A model generated the notes under the pieces. It saw nothing but the letters and a program-made list of their open reading frames with translations. It did no database searches and was not told where the DNA came from. Positions 24,034 through 32,000 of a stretch of 32,000 nucleotides of DNA are shown piece after piece. The stretch lies in the sequence record OP380596.1; one strand, written 5' to 3'. Source of the stretch: Aeromonas phage avDM4. Every line of letters starts with the position of its first letter. Within the stretch, counting starts at the first letter, position 1. The position numbers and the translations under genes were made by a program.

Positions 24034-25469
24034 AACTTTACACTCTCTCCGCTATACCAGCTGCAGGAAAAACTGCAGCTATTCTAAATCATATTGTTGA
24101 AAATAACGAAAAGGCAATTATAGCCAGCATATCTAGACAATTGTCGAAACAATCTTTCGAATACTTTGTCGGTCTGGGCGGAGAAGGCGAGTTAGTTGAC
24201 ACCGATAACCGCCAAGGCCAAAAGTCAGTGCACGAAGCAGTTATCAAAGCATCCGAAGAATTTGATGTGATTTTTATAACGCACGCGGCTTTAATGGGTC
24301 TTCGAGATATTGATGCTTTAAAAGATTTTAATCTGTATATCGATGAGGTTCCAGAATTAACAAGCTTCGAGCGATTTACTTTCACAACATCAGTCGAAAG
24401 TCATATACTCGAATTGTGCAAAATAGATGAAACTGGACTATTAGAGCTGCGTGATGAGCATCGAAAATCAGTCCAAAAAATGGCAATAGATGGCTTTAGA
24501 GGAAACGATGACATTTATTCAACGCTTTTTCCGTTGTATAAAGCACTGCTGACAGGTGTCCCTGTCAGGCTGTCAGTAGAGGGAGGTGTGACGCAATGTT
24601 ATTATGTGAACGACGCGTCAAATGATGATTGGGCAAAATTCAAGTCAATAACTGTCTGTTCTGCAAATTTTGAGCAGACTTTTACTGGCATGATTATGAA
24701 GCATTTTAACGGATGGGAATTTGAAGAGTCTCCGCTAGTTGAACGGCTGGCTTTCCGGGTTTATCCTAAAACTGCTCGTGTAAAAATTCATGTAATGTTT
24801 GATGATGATTGGTCGCGTTACAAAGCCGACAAGGAAGTAGATGGGATTTCGAATTACACTCGTATCGAAAATACTCTCGACACAATCATAAACGGTGATT
24901 TCATTTACACCCGAAATTCGTATCGGCCAAGAATGCCAAAGGGGACGGAAGTTCCTTATAACCCGCATGGTCTAAACAACTATTCGGATTACACCAATGT
25001 GGTTGTGATGTTTTCGTATAATCCGGCACCTTGGCAAGTTCCGATTTTGAAAGAACTCGCAAAGTCAGTAGGGTTAGATGAAAGTGCAATGGTTGACGCG
25101 TACATAGTTTCAAAGTATCTTGAACCCGCATTTCAACTTTGTGCAAGATGCGATATCCGAAATGAACATTCGCTAAAACCCATCAATCTGTATGTTCCTG
25201 ATATGAAATTAGCTCAATACATGTTGAGATATTTGCCGCATGCTGAGATATGTGATGGTAATTCAATCGAAAATCACAAACAAGTAAAAAGAAATCGAGA
25301 GTCGTATCAAGCGCTATACCAAATGACCGAGAAAGAAAGGTTCAAATACAAGTATCTGCTAAGAAAACTTGGGCGAATACTCGATATCAATTCTGCGGAA
25401 GACCAGGAAATTGTCCAGGACTGGATAATCAAAACACGAGAAAAAGCCAAAAAGAAGGCCTCTACATGA
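24030..25469 (+). CDS. P-loop ATPase/helicase-like protein
   Basis: GTG start overlapping previous TGA; LSAIPAAGKTAAILNHIVE Walker A, LYIDEVPELTSF Walker B-like; 479 aa. Confidence 0.65.
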   Translation: MKLYTLSAIPAAGKTAAILNHIVENNEKAIIASISRQLSKQSFEYFVGLGGEGELVDTDNRQGQKSVHEAVIKASEEFDVIFITHAALMGLRDIDALKDFNLYIDEVPELTSFERFTFTTSVESHILELCKIDETGLLELRDEHRKSVQKMAIDGFRGNDDIYSTLFPLYKALLTGVPVRLSVEGGVTQCYYVNDASNDDWAKFKSITVCSANFEQTFTGMIMKHFNGWEFEESPLVERLAFRVYPKTARVKIHVMFDDDWSRYKADKEVDGISNYTRIENTLDTIINGDFIYTRNSYRPRMPKGTEVPYNPHGLNNYSDYTNVVVMFSYNPAPWQVPILKELAKSVGLDESAMVDAYIVSKYLEPAFQLCARCDIRNEHSLKPINLYVPDMKLAQYMLRYLPHAEICDGNSIENHKQVKRNRESYQALYQMTEKERFKYKYLLRKLGRILDINSAEDQEIVQDWIIKTREKAKKKAST

Positions 25470-25476
25470 GGCCTTT
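25455..25476 (+). terminator. Hairpin overlapping the stop codon
   Basis: AAGGCCTC-TACAT-GAGGCCTT then TG; stem contains the TGA stop at 25467-25469. Confidence 0.5.
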
Positions 25477-25754
25477 GTTGTATGCACATGATAACACAGG
25501 GATCACTCTGGGGTTATCAGGAATTTTTGATGATAGGTTATTAGCCTAATGACCTTGTTTAAACCTGGTTGATTATAGAAATCCTGGCTCCAGGTTCAAG
25601 CTTGCTTGAACTTATCTTTTTATCCTTTTAGTTATAATATCTATTAAGCCATAAAGGATAAGTTTTGGCAGGGCCAAAACCTGCAGGCAGTAAAGTTAAA
25701 TAAGTTTAGCAAGCTTATTAGTATGATATAATCAATCATAGGAGGAATTGCCCT
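25477..25754 (+). ncRNA. Structured non-coding region upstream of gene 55 (candidate ncRNA/long leader)
   Basis: No ORF in the track; series of hairpins at 25490-25518, 25535-25555, 25562-25596, 25594-25611, 25620-25661, 25662-25680, 25699-25719. Confidence 0.5.
25724..25732 (+). promoter_or_regulatory. Extended -10 promoter candidate for gene 55
   Basis: TGATATAAT; no TTTACA at the expected upstream position. Confidence 0.5.
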
Positions 25755-26273
25755 ATGAAATATGTTGACAATGAAGTTCTATACCAGAATATTTGCAAAT
25801 GGAAACAAGATATGCGTGATGCAGGGCATCACATCAAGATGCCAGATGCAATTGGTATAGACATTATGAAGATTGCAAAAGGTTTTACCGGATATTACAA
25901 ATTTGCTGGTTATACGCAAAATTGGAAAGACGGAATGATATCTGATGCAGTCGAAGCTGTTGTAAAGGGATTAGTAAATTTCGATGAAGAAAACTACAAA
26001 AACCCCCATGCTTATATCACACAGGCTTGTTACCGTGCCTTTATTGGACGCATCAAGTACGAAAAACACGAAATGGCAATCAAATACCGGTATTTTTTGA
26101 CCAACGTGTATGACGAGCATGATGAGGATATGTCACGATTGGTTGATGAAAATTTCATCCAAGACATCCATGGCAAACTAGTAGCCTATGAATCATCCCT
26201 TAAATCTAAAAAGAAAGATAAAGAGGATGTTCCTAATTTGGATTCATTCTATGAAGACGACCCTGAAGATTAA
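25755..26273 (+). CDS. 55: gp55-like sigma factor for late transcription
   Basis: GYTQNWKDGMISDAVEAVVKGLVNFDEENYKNPHAYITQACYRAFIGRIKYEKHEMAIKYRYFLTNVYD...LVDENFIQDI matches recalled T4 gp55. Confidence 0.95.
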   Translation: MKYVDNEVLYQNICKWKQDMRDAGHHIKMPDAIGIDIMKIAKGFTGYYKFAGYTQNWKDGMISDAVEAVVKGLVNFDEENYKNPHAYITQACYRAFIGRIKYEKHEMAIKYRYFLTNVYDEHDEDMSRLVDENFIQDIHGKLVAYESSLKSKKKDKEDVPNLDSFYEDDPED

Positions 26274-26475
26274 TCTTTTACCCATCATTGATTCAACATG
26301 CGGAGAAATAGAATTATTAGCGTATTTCGTAAAACTCCAATTATTGGATTATAATATTCCTGTAGTTTTAAATCCTGCCAATATTTCATGGCAGCCGTTC
26401 GAAGTAGAAACTGGCCAACTCGATTGGCATATTGATGTAGACACAATGACAATGGAGATTTCATATGTCGCCTGA
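26251..26475 (+). CDS. Hypothetical small protein
   Basis: ATG 26251 (MKTTLKINLLPIIDSTCGEIELL...), overlapping end of gene 55. Confidence 0.55.
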   Translation: MKTTLKINLLPIIDSTCGEIELLAYFVKLQLLDYNIPVVLNPANISWQPFEVETGQLDWHIDVDTMTMEISYVA

Positions 26476-26809
26476 TTACGATGTTGACCTTAGCACTGGT
26501 GCAGAAGCTCTGAGTGAAGTTTATGACCAAAATCTCATGGATTTGCAAGAACATCTTGAAAAACAAGCTGAGAAAAAAGCCGCAAAGCATCTTAAAACTC
26601 ACGGGAGAGAAATTAAGCGGCTGAAGAAACACGCTGAACGAGCTTTATTCGCGAATAATAAAGAACAGTATGCATACGCTATCAGTAAACTTCGTACCCT
26701 TTACAAGCAAAAGCAACTTCCGCATTCTGCAATGATCACTATGTTTGAAACCAGTCGCCAACAAATTGTTGACATGGCTAAAGCCTTTAATGCTGGTATG
26801 AATAATTAG
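26465..26809 (+). CDS. Hypothetical Lys/Ala/Glu-rich helical protein
   Basis: 114 aa: MSPDYDVDLSTGAEALSEV... Confidence 0.65.
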   Translation: MSPDYDVDLSTGAEALSEVYDQNLMDLQEHLEKQAEKKAAKHLKTHGREIKRLKKHAERALFANNKEQYAYAISKLRTLYKQKQLPHSAMITMFETSRQQIVDMAKAFNAGMNN

Positions 26810-26840
26810 TGATATAATAGGCTCCACGGAGCCTATTTTT
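26810..26840 (+). terminator. Terminator hairpin merged with an extended -10 element
   Basis: TGATATAAT (26810-26818) overlapping AATAGGCTC (26816-26824)-CACG-GAGCCTATT (26829-26837)TTT. Confidence 0.7.
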
Positions 26841-26961
26841 GCATCTATTGAGGATTTACGTTTGTTACTTATTTGGCTTACCATTCGCATGATCATCTTC
26901 AAGCGAATAATGCACCGATTGTAAAGGCTCAATAAAATCAAAAATTTAAAGAAGGGTGATT

Positions 26962-28029
26962 ATGAAAACTCTATTTCTAGGTGATTTACATATTGGGGTA
27001 AAGGAAGATGACCCATGGCACGAAAACATAATTCTTTCTTCCATTGAGCAAGCCATTGCTTATTCAAAAGCTAATGGGATAACCCAATGGCTTCAATCGG
27101 GAGATTTCTTTGATGTTCGCAAAGCCGTAACGCAGCGAACAATGCGGTTTGTTAGAACTAAAATAACGAAACTGCTTAGAGAAGCAGGGATAACATGCTA
27201 TGTTATTGTGGGTAACCATGACTTAATGTTGAAGGACAAAATTCACCCCAATAGTGTGACAGAGATTTTAGGCAAAGACGATGTTTATGTTGTGATCGAT
27301 TCTCCAACCACCGTTAAATTCGAACACATCGACATTGACCTTATTCCATGGTTGTGTAAAGAAAATGCATCGGATATTTTCGAGTTTATCAAAAAATCGG
27401 AATCCCCATGGTGTCTTGGTCATTGGGAACTAAGCGGATTCTATTTCTACAAAAATATCCCGAGTTCTGGATACAGTGGAGATTTTTTGAAAAAGTATGA
27501 AAAAGTTGTCTCTGGACATTTTCATACTCAATCAGGAGGTGAAAATATTCACTACATCGGCACTCCTTATACGATTACAGCCGGTGATGAAGATGACCCA
27601 CGTGGTTTCTGGGTTCTTGACACAGAAACACGTGAATTTGAATTTATTCCGAATTCCAAAACATGGCACAGACGACTGACTTATCCTGGTGTTACATTAG
27701 AAGAAATTCGAGAGTGCTCTGGCTGTTCAGTTCGTTTGATTGCTAATGAAGTTGATGAAGGCTTGACAAAAGTTGAATTTCTTCTGTCTAAAATTGTTCA
27801 TGATTTGAGAACCATCAACAAATCTGCCAAAATTGAAGTTGATTCTTCATCTGATATAACCGATGATGGTGAAACTCTTACTGTTTCATCTATGGATACT
27901 TCTGGTAGTTCGATGACCATAATGGGTTTATTCGCTGAAAGTGTCGCAAATTCCAGCATCGGGGCAGAACATAAAGAAGCAATCGTAATTATGGCAAATG
28001 AACTTTATGCTGAGGCTATTGCGTCATGA
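26962..28029 (+). CDS. 47: gp47-like recombination endonuclease subunit (SbcD/Mre11 family)
   Basis: LFLGDLHIG, LQSGDFFD, VIVGNHD, VSGHFHTQ phosphoesterase motifs; ATG 26962 with GAAGGG. Confidence 0.95.
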   Translation: MKTLFLGDLHIGVKEDDPWHENIILSSIEQAIAYSKANGITQWLQSGDFFDVRKAVTQRTMRFVRTKITKLLREAGITCYVIVGNHDLMLKDKIHPNSVTEILGKDDVYVVIDSPTTVKFEHIDIDLIPWLCKENASDIFEFIKKSESPWCLGHWELSGFYFYKNIPSSGYSGDFLKKYEKVVSGHFHTQSGGENIHYIGTPYTITAGDEDDPRGFWVLDTETREFEFIPNSKTWHRRLTYPGVTLEEIRECSGCSVRLIANEVDEGLTKVEFLLSKIVHDLRTINKSAKIEVDSSSDITDDGETLTVSSMDTSGSSMTIMGLFAESVANSSIGAEHKEAIVIMANELYAEAIAS

Positions 28030-29738
28030 TTGAAATTAAAAAGAAGCAACTTGGATTTATTCGAGTTCGCTACAAAAACATCATGTCTGTAGGCGATGAT
28101 CCTATCGATATGTCGCTTAACAAATATGCTAAAACATTGTGTACCGGTAAAAATGGTGCCGGAAAATCGACAATGCTGGAGGCAATTTATTTTGCGTTAT
28201 TCGGTAAACCTTTTCGAGATATTACAAAAAACCAACTGTTGAATGAAAACACTGGCAAAAACTTGTTAGTGGAACTTTGGCTGGAATACGAAGAAAAGGT
28301 TTATCACATTACACGTGGAATTAAGCCTAATAAGTTTTCGATAACTTGCGACGGTGTGGCTATAGATGCTGCAGCATCAGTTAAAGATTTTCAGTCATAT
28401 TTCGAAGAAATGATTGGAATGAATTCTACCAGTTTTAAACAGATAGTTGTTTTGGGCACTGCTGGATATACGCCGTTCATGCAACTGAAAGCGCCAGAAA
28501 GGCGCAAACTGGTGGAAGATTTGCTGGAAGTATCCGTCTTAGCTCAGATGGATAAAATCAATAAAGCCAGGATTAAAGAGTTAAACCAGGATATCACTTC
28601 AGTTGATATGGAAATAAACCATATCAACTCACAACTGAAAACATACCAGGACCACCAGAATAACTCCAATGCATCCAACGCCGCTGCTATATCCGACCAT
28701 CAGGCGGTATATGACACTGCTCGCGAAAAAGCGAAAGAAATCAAGTCGGCTATTGATTTGCTCACAACTCAAATTACAGAATTCGTGATGCCTGAATCAC
28801 CTGCATCAGATCTTGGCAAGTTTACAATGGCTAGAGCAAAAGCCGCAGCGCAACATGAACAATTTTCCGGTATTGCTCATATGCACGAAGGCGGGGGAAC
28901 GTGCCCAACCTGTATGCAGCAATTTGATGATCCTGAACTGCTGACGAAATTACGTGATAAAATGTCGCAGATCCAAGGTCAACTCGATAAAGCCGATATT
29001 CGCATAAATGAACTCAATCAAAAAATGATAGAGTTCAACGAGGCCGCTATCAATTTCCGCGATCTCCAAAATAAGTTGAACAGTGAAAAGCAGTCTATTG
29101 CTCTCTATGTTAACCAAGCAAAAGCTGCCAAAGCCGCAATCGAGCGTCTGCAAGATGAAAGAACAGATTATACGTCGGAAATCGACCAACTTGGAAATAA
29201 CCTACGTTTAAAAATTAGTGCTAAATCAGAGTTGGAGAAAGAGAAGCATCGTAGGTCTTTGATAGCTGATCTTTTGAAGGATTCGGGAATTAAAGCTGTC
29301 ATCATGGCTCGTTATATTCCGTATTTCAATAATCGCATCTCTCATTATCTTGATATAATGGATGCAGATTTTGGGTTTACTCTTGATTCCGAATTCAAAG
29401 AAGTAATAAAATCTTCAGGAAGAAGCACATTCAGCTATAACAGTTTTTCCCAAGGCGAAAAAGCTCGTATCGACATGGCTGTCATGTTTGCTTGGCGTGA
29501 TTTAGCATCCGAAGTTTCTGGCGTAGATGTTAATGCGCTGTTTATGGATGAAGTATTTGACGGTCCTTCTGATGATGATGCGCAACGCTCAGTGTTTTCA
29601 ATCATAGAAAACATGAAAGCCAATGTGTTTATCATTTCGCATGGAGAACACGATCCTCAGAAATTTGACAGACACATCATAATGTCAAAGCTAGGGAGAA
29701 CTAGCGTAATGAATGAGGTAATTTTTGATGTTTTATAA
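28026..29738 (+). CDS. 46: gp46-like recombination endonuclease subunit (SbcC/Rad50 family)
   Basis: GKNGAGKSTMLEAIYFALFGKPF Walker A, CPTCMQQ zinc hook, YNSFSQGEKARIDMAV signature, NALFMDEVFDG Walker B. Confidence 0.97.
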   Translation: MIEIKKKQLGFIRVRYKNIMSVGDDPIDMSLNKYAKTLCTGKNGAGKSTMLEAIYFALFGKPFRDITKNQLLNENTGKNLLVELWLEYEEKVYHITRGIKPNKFSITCDGVAIDAAASVKDFQSYFEEMIGMNSTSFKQIVVLGTAGYTPFMQLKAPERRKLVEDLLEVSVLAQMDKINKARIKELNQDITSVDMEINHINSQLKTYQDHQNNSNASNAAAISDHQAVYDTAREKAKEIKSAIDLLTTQITEFVMPESPASDLGKFTMARAKAAAQHEQFSGIAHMHEGGGTCPTCMQQFDDPELLTKLRDKMSQIQGQLDKADIRINELNQKMIEFNEAAINFRDLQNKLNSEKQSIALYVNQAKAAKAAIERLQDERTDYTSEIDQLGNNLRLKISAKSELEKEKHRRSLIADLLKDSGIKAVIMARYIPYFNNRISHYLDIMDADFGFTLDSEFKEVIKSSGRSTFSYNSFSQGEKARIDMAVMFAWRDLASEVSGVDVNALFMDEVFDGPSDDDAQRSVFSIIENMKANVFIISHGEHDPQKFDRHIIMSKLGRTSVMNEVIFDVL

Positions 29739-29910
29739 TCTTCCAACAACTGCTCCTGAAATAAGGAGTTATAATTTAACCGATGAATATGGTCACGTTA
29801 ATTTGGTCGTCACGGATGACGACCTGAAACAAGTCTTCAGTGAAGAAGATATCCGCAAGTTGAAATCAAATCGCCATGCTTATTACAATTTAGTTGAAAT
29901 TTTCGACTAA
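29728..29910 (+). CDS. gp45.2-position small protein
   Basis: 60 aa (MFYNLPTTAPEIRSYNL...) at the T4 45.2 location between gp46 and the RpbA-position gene. Confidence 0.6.
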   Translation: MFYNLPTTAPEIRSYNLTDEYGHVNLVVTDDDLKQVFSEEDIRKLKSNRHAYYNLVEIFD

Positions 29911-29970
29911 TGATTTGCGTGAATAGAAATTATATTAGAATGTTCGTTATAAACACACTGAGGAATATGT

Positions 29971-30324
29971 ATGCGTAATCAAGCCGTTGTTTCTGTACCA
30001 GCCGATATCCGCCCGATGAGCGATAACGTGTTCGAAAATTCAGTTAAAATTCGAAAAGCCTGGGTATCATTTATCAGCGATATTCGTGCAAACCAATTGC
30101 AAGCTCTTGAACAGAAACTTCGGTTCGAGCTATATGCCGAAATCGACAAAATGGTTCGAGACGTGTATACCGATTTGCTCGTACGCCGTCGAGAAAGCAT
30201 TCTGGCCAATGGCGGATATCACGTTAAAGGAATGAATGACAAAAAAGTACTGGCTAAACAGTTCCAATACGACACTGACGAACTGATTATTCAAGCTGCT
30301 CAGACTGTCATGGCAGATTACTGA
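29971..30324 (+). CDS. Probable RNA polymerase-binding protein RpbA-like
   Basis: 117 aa directly upstream of gene 45 as in T4; assignment by synteny and size. Confidence 0.5.
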   Translation: MRNQAVVSVPADIRPMSDNVFENSVKIRKAWVSFISDIRANQLQALEQKLRFELYAEIDKMVRDVYTDLLVRRRESILANGGYHVKGMNDKKVLAKQFQYDTDELIIQAAQTVMADY

Positions 30325-30342
30325 TAAGCTATATCGTAATTG

Positions 30343-30351
30343 TGTTATAAT
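30343..30351 (+). promoter_or_regulatory. Extended -10 promoter candidate for gene 45
   Basis: TGTTATAAT, 27 nt before ATG 30378. Confidence 0.55.
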
Positions 30352-30377
30352 ATTTCAAATACTGAAAGGAATATGAA

Positions 30378-31049
30378 ATGAAACTTACAAAAGAAACACT
30401 GTCCGTAATGAAGAATTTTGCAGCTATCAATCCATCTCTGCGACTTACCCCTGGTAATTTCATCATGACCAAGTCGGTAAATGGTGTTGCATACGCTGAA
30501 GCTACAATCGCTGATGAAATTGATTCCGAGCTGAACATCTATGACCTTCCTAACTTCCTGTCAATTCTTGGTCAATTGGGTGAAGGTTCTGAAATCAATC
30601 TCTCAAACGGGGAAATTGTCATCCAGAATGGTCGTGCAAAAGTAAATCTGCCTGATGCTGAATCTTCAGTCATCGTGGTTCCGAAGCAACGGCTGCGTAT
30701 GCCTCCGGCTGATGTAGAGTTTGACCTGAAAGCCGAAGATTTGGCAGAAATTCTCAAAATCTCTCGAGTAGTTGGTGCAGACCGCATCGCGATTACTAAT
30801 CGCAATGATCATATCGTTATTGATGCATTTGCAGTCGAAGACGGTGATAATGCACGAACCCGATATTCTTTGACAGTCTGCCCGTATGAAGGCACCAACA
30901 ACTTCAGTTTCGTTATCAACCTTGAAAACGTCAGTGTCGTTGTTGCCGATTACAAAATCAATATTTCTTCCAAGGGTGCTGCTCAATTCCAAGGAATCAA
31001 TACTGCATACGTATTTGTCCTTGAAACATCTTCAAAGCACGACTTCTAA
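30378..31049 (+). CDS. 45: Sliding clamp DNA polymerase accessory protein
   Basis: MKLTKETLSVMKNFAAINPSLRLTPGNFIMTKSVNGVAYAEATI... and C-terminal SSKHDF match recalled T4 gp45. Confidence 0.95.
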   Translation: MKLTKETLSVMKNFAAINPSLRLTPGNFIMTKSVNGVAYAEATIADEIDSELNIYDLPNFLSILGQLGEGSEINLSNGEIVIQNGRAKVNLPDAESSVIVVPKQRLRMPPADVEFDLKAEDLAEILKISRVVGADRIAITNRNDHIVIDAFAVEDGDNARTRYSLTVCPYEGTNNFSFVINLENVSVVVADYKINISSKGAAQFQGINTAYVFVLETSSKHDF

Positions 31050-31061
31050 TAAATCCTGGTG

Positions 31062-31095
31062 TGATATAATGCGGGTGTAAAAGCCCGCTTTCTTT
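31062..31095 (+). terminator. Extended -10 element fused to a terminator-like hairpin
   Basis: TGATATAAT (31062-31070), then GCGGG (31071-31075)...CCCGC (31084-31088) TTTCTTTT. Confidence 0.6.
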
Positions 31096-31111
31096 TGAGA
31101 GGAATTTTAAT

Positions 31112-32000
31112 ATGTTGACAGTTAATGCCGGCGAATTCATGTTTGAAAACAAATATCGTCCAGGAACAATCGATGAATGCATTTTGCCAGAATATGACAA
31201 AAAGATTTTCAAATCTATCGTCAAATCTGGTCGTATCCCCAACATTATTCTTCATTCTCCTTCCCCAGGCACAGGTAAAACTACCGTCGCCAAAGCTCTG
31301 GTATCAGAAGTTGAAGCCGAGTTTTTGTTCGTTAACGGCGCAGACGCAAAAATTGATTTTGTTCGCGATGTTATGACTCCATTTGCAAGCTCTAAAACTA
31401 TGGCAGCAGGTGGAAAAGTAATTATCATCGATGAATTTGATCGAGCCGGTCTTGCGGATTCTCAGCGTCATCTTCGCTCATTCATGGAAGCTCATTCCAA
31501 AAATTGCACATTCATCATTACTGCGAATGATTTGGGTGGAATTATTCCAGCACTTCAATCACGGTGTCGCGTTATTCAATTTGGTAAAGCCGATCAATCT
31601 GATAAAGTCAATATGATGAAACAGATGATTGTTCGTGCCGAAGCAATTTGTGATGCTGAAAATATCGAAGTTGAAGATCGCAAAGTTATTGCTGCTTTGG
31701 TTAAAAAGAACTTCCCTGATTTCCGTAAAACTGTCAACGAGATGGATTTCTATGCATCTGAAGGTAAAATTGACAGCGGTATTCTGAGTCTGGTTCTCAA
31801 TACCCGTAACGATATCGAACAAGTCATTGATGCTCTTAAAGCTAAAGATTTGAAATCACTTCGCGCAATGGCTGGTCAATACACGACCGATTACGCTGGT
31901 TTTGTTGAACGTCTGTGTAATGCATTGTACCCGCTCGTTAATGGCCCGGCAAAAATTCGCATGTACGAAATTATCGGTGAAAACAACCAATTGTTTGGCC
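31112..32000 (+). CDS. 44: Clamp loader large subunit (AAA+), truncated by the window end
   Basis: SPSPGTGKTTVAKAL Walker A, KVIIIDEFDRAG Walker B, SFMEAHSKNCTFIITAN sensor 1, SRCR. Confidence 0.95.
   Translation, partial: MLTVNAGEFMFENKYRPGTIDECILPEYDKKIFKSIVKSGRIPNIILHSPSPGTGKTTVAKALVSEVEAEFLFVNGADAKIDFVRDVMTPFASSKTMAAGGKVIIIDEFDRAGLADSQRHLRSFMEAHSKNCTFIITANDLGGIIPALQSRCRVIQFGKADQSDKVNMMKQMIVRAEAICDAENIEVEDRKVIAALVKKNFPDFRKTVNEMDFYASEGKIDSGILSLVLNTRNDIEQVIDALKAKDLKSLRAMAGQYTTDYAGFVERLCNALYPLVNGPAKIRMYEIIGENNQLFG

Noticed and set aside
25560-25611. Possible tRNA 3' half (GGTTCAAGC)
   Set aside because: Flanking bases do not form a T stem and there is no acceptor partner upstream.
25680-25687. 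CCTGCAGG 8-bp palindrome as a special site
   Set aside because: A single restriction-site-like palindrome is expected by chance; mentioned only as part of the structured region.
26188-26632. Minus-strand ORF 26285-26632 and long upstream extension of the 26188 ORF
   Set aside because: The minus ORF is antisense to two plausible small genes; the plus extension overlaps gene 55, so the start was placed at 26251.
1-32000. CRISPR array, integrase or insertion sequence
   Set aside because: No regularly spaced direct repeats, transposase or integrase motifs or IS-type inverted termini seen; repeats found are promoter palindromes and hairpins.
1-32000. Group I/II intron in nrdD or homing endonucleases
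   Set aside because: The nrdD frame is continuous from 16200 to 18026 and no GIY-YIG/HNH free-standing endonuclease other than gp49 was recognised.

Overview
This window is a gene-dense, almost entirely plus-strand segment of a T4-like (tailed, strictly lytic type) phage genome. The right end has the classic T4 replication/late-transcription order: gp55-like sigma factor, gp47, gp46, a small gp45.2-like ORF, an RpbA-position ORF, gp45 sliding clamp and gp44 clamp loader (runs off the end). The middle holds endonuclease VII (gp49), anaerobic NTP reductase NrdD and a glutaredoxin. Accessory genes include a two-gene NAD+ salvage route (bifunctional NMN adenylyltransferase/Nudix plus NadV), a SLOG-type protein, two NTase-like proteins and a TM2 membrane protein. 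The left end carries an unusual envelope-type cluster: SPFH/prohibitin-like protein, a tiny prepilin-like protein with a GFTLIE motif, a YgiB/DUF1190-like lipoprotein, two small ORFs and a YgiC/YjfC-like ATP-grasp amidoligase. A possible PspA/YjfJ-like coiled-coil protein lies at 21.2 kb. The most striking non-coding signals are: (1) early-type promoters (TTTACA/TGTACA, exactly 17 nt, TAnnAT), several carrying a palindrome over the -10 whose arms change sequence but keep pairing; (2) extended -10 promoters (TGnTATAAT) merged with intrinsic-terminator-like hairpins; (3) a roughly 285-nt heavily structured non-coding region upstream of gene 55; (4) tandem GCGAAGC mini-hairpins in a leader. All homology calls come from reading motifs and recalled family features; no database search was run.
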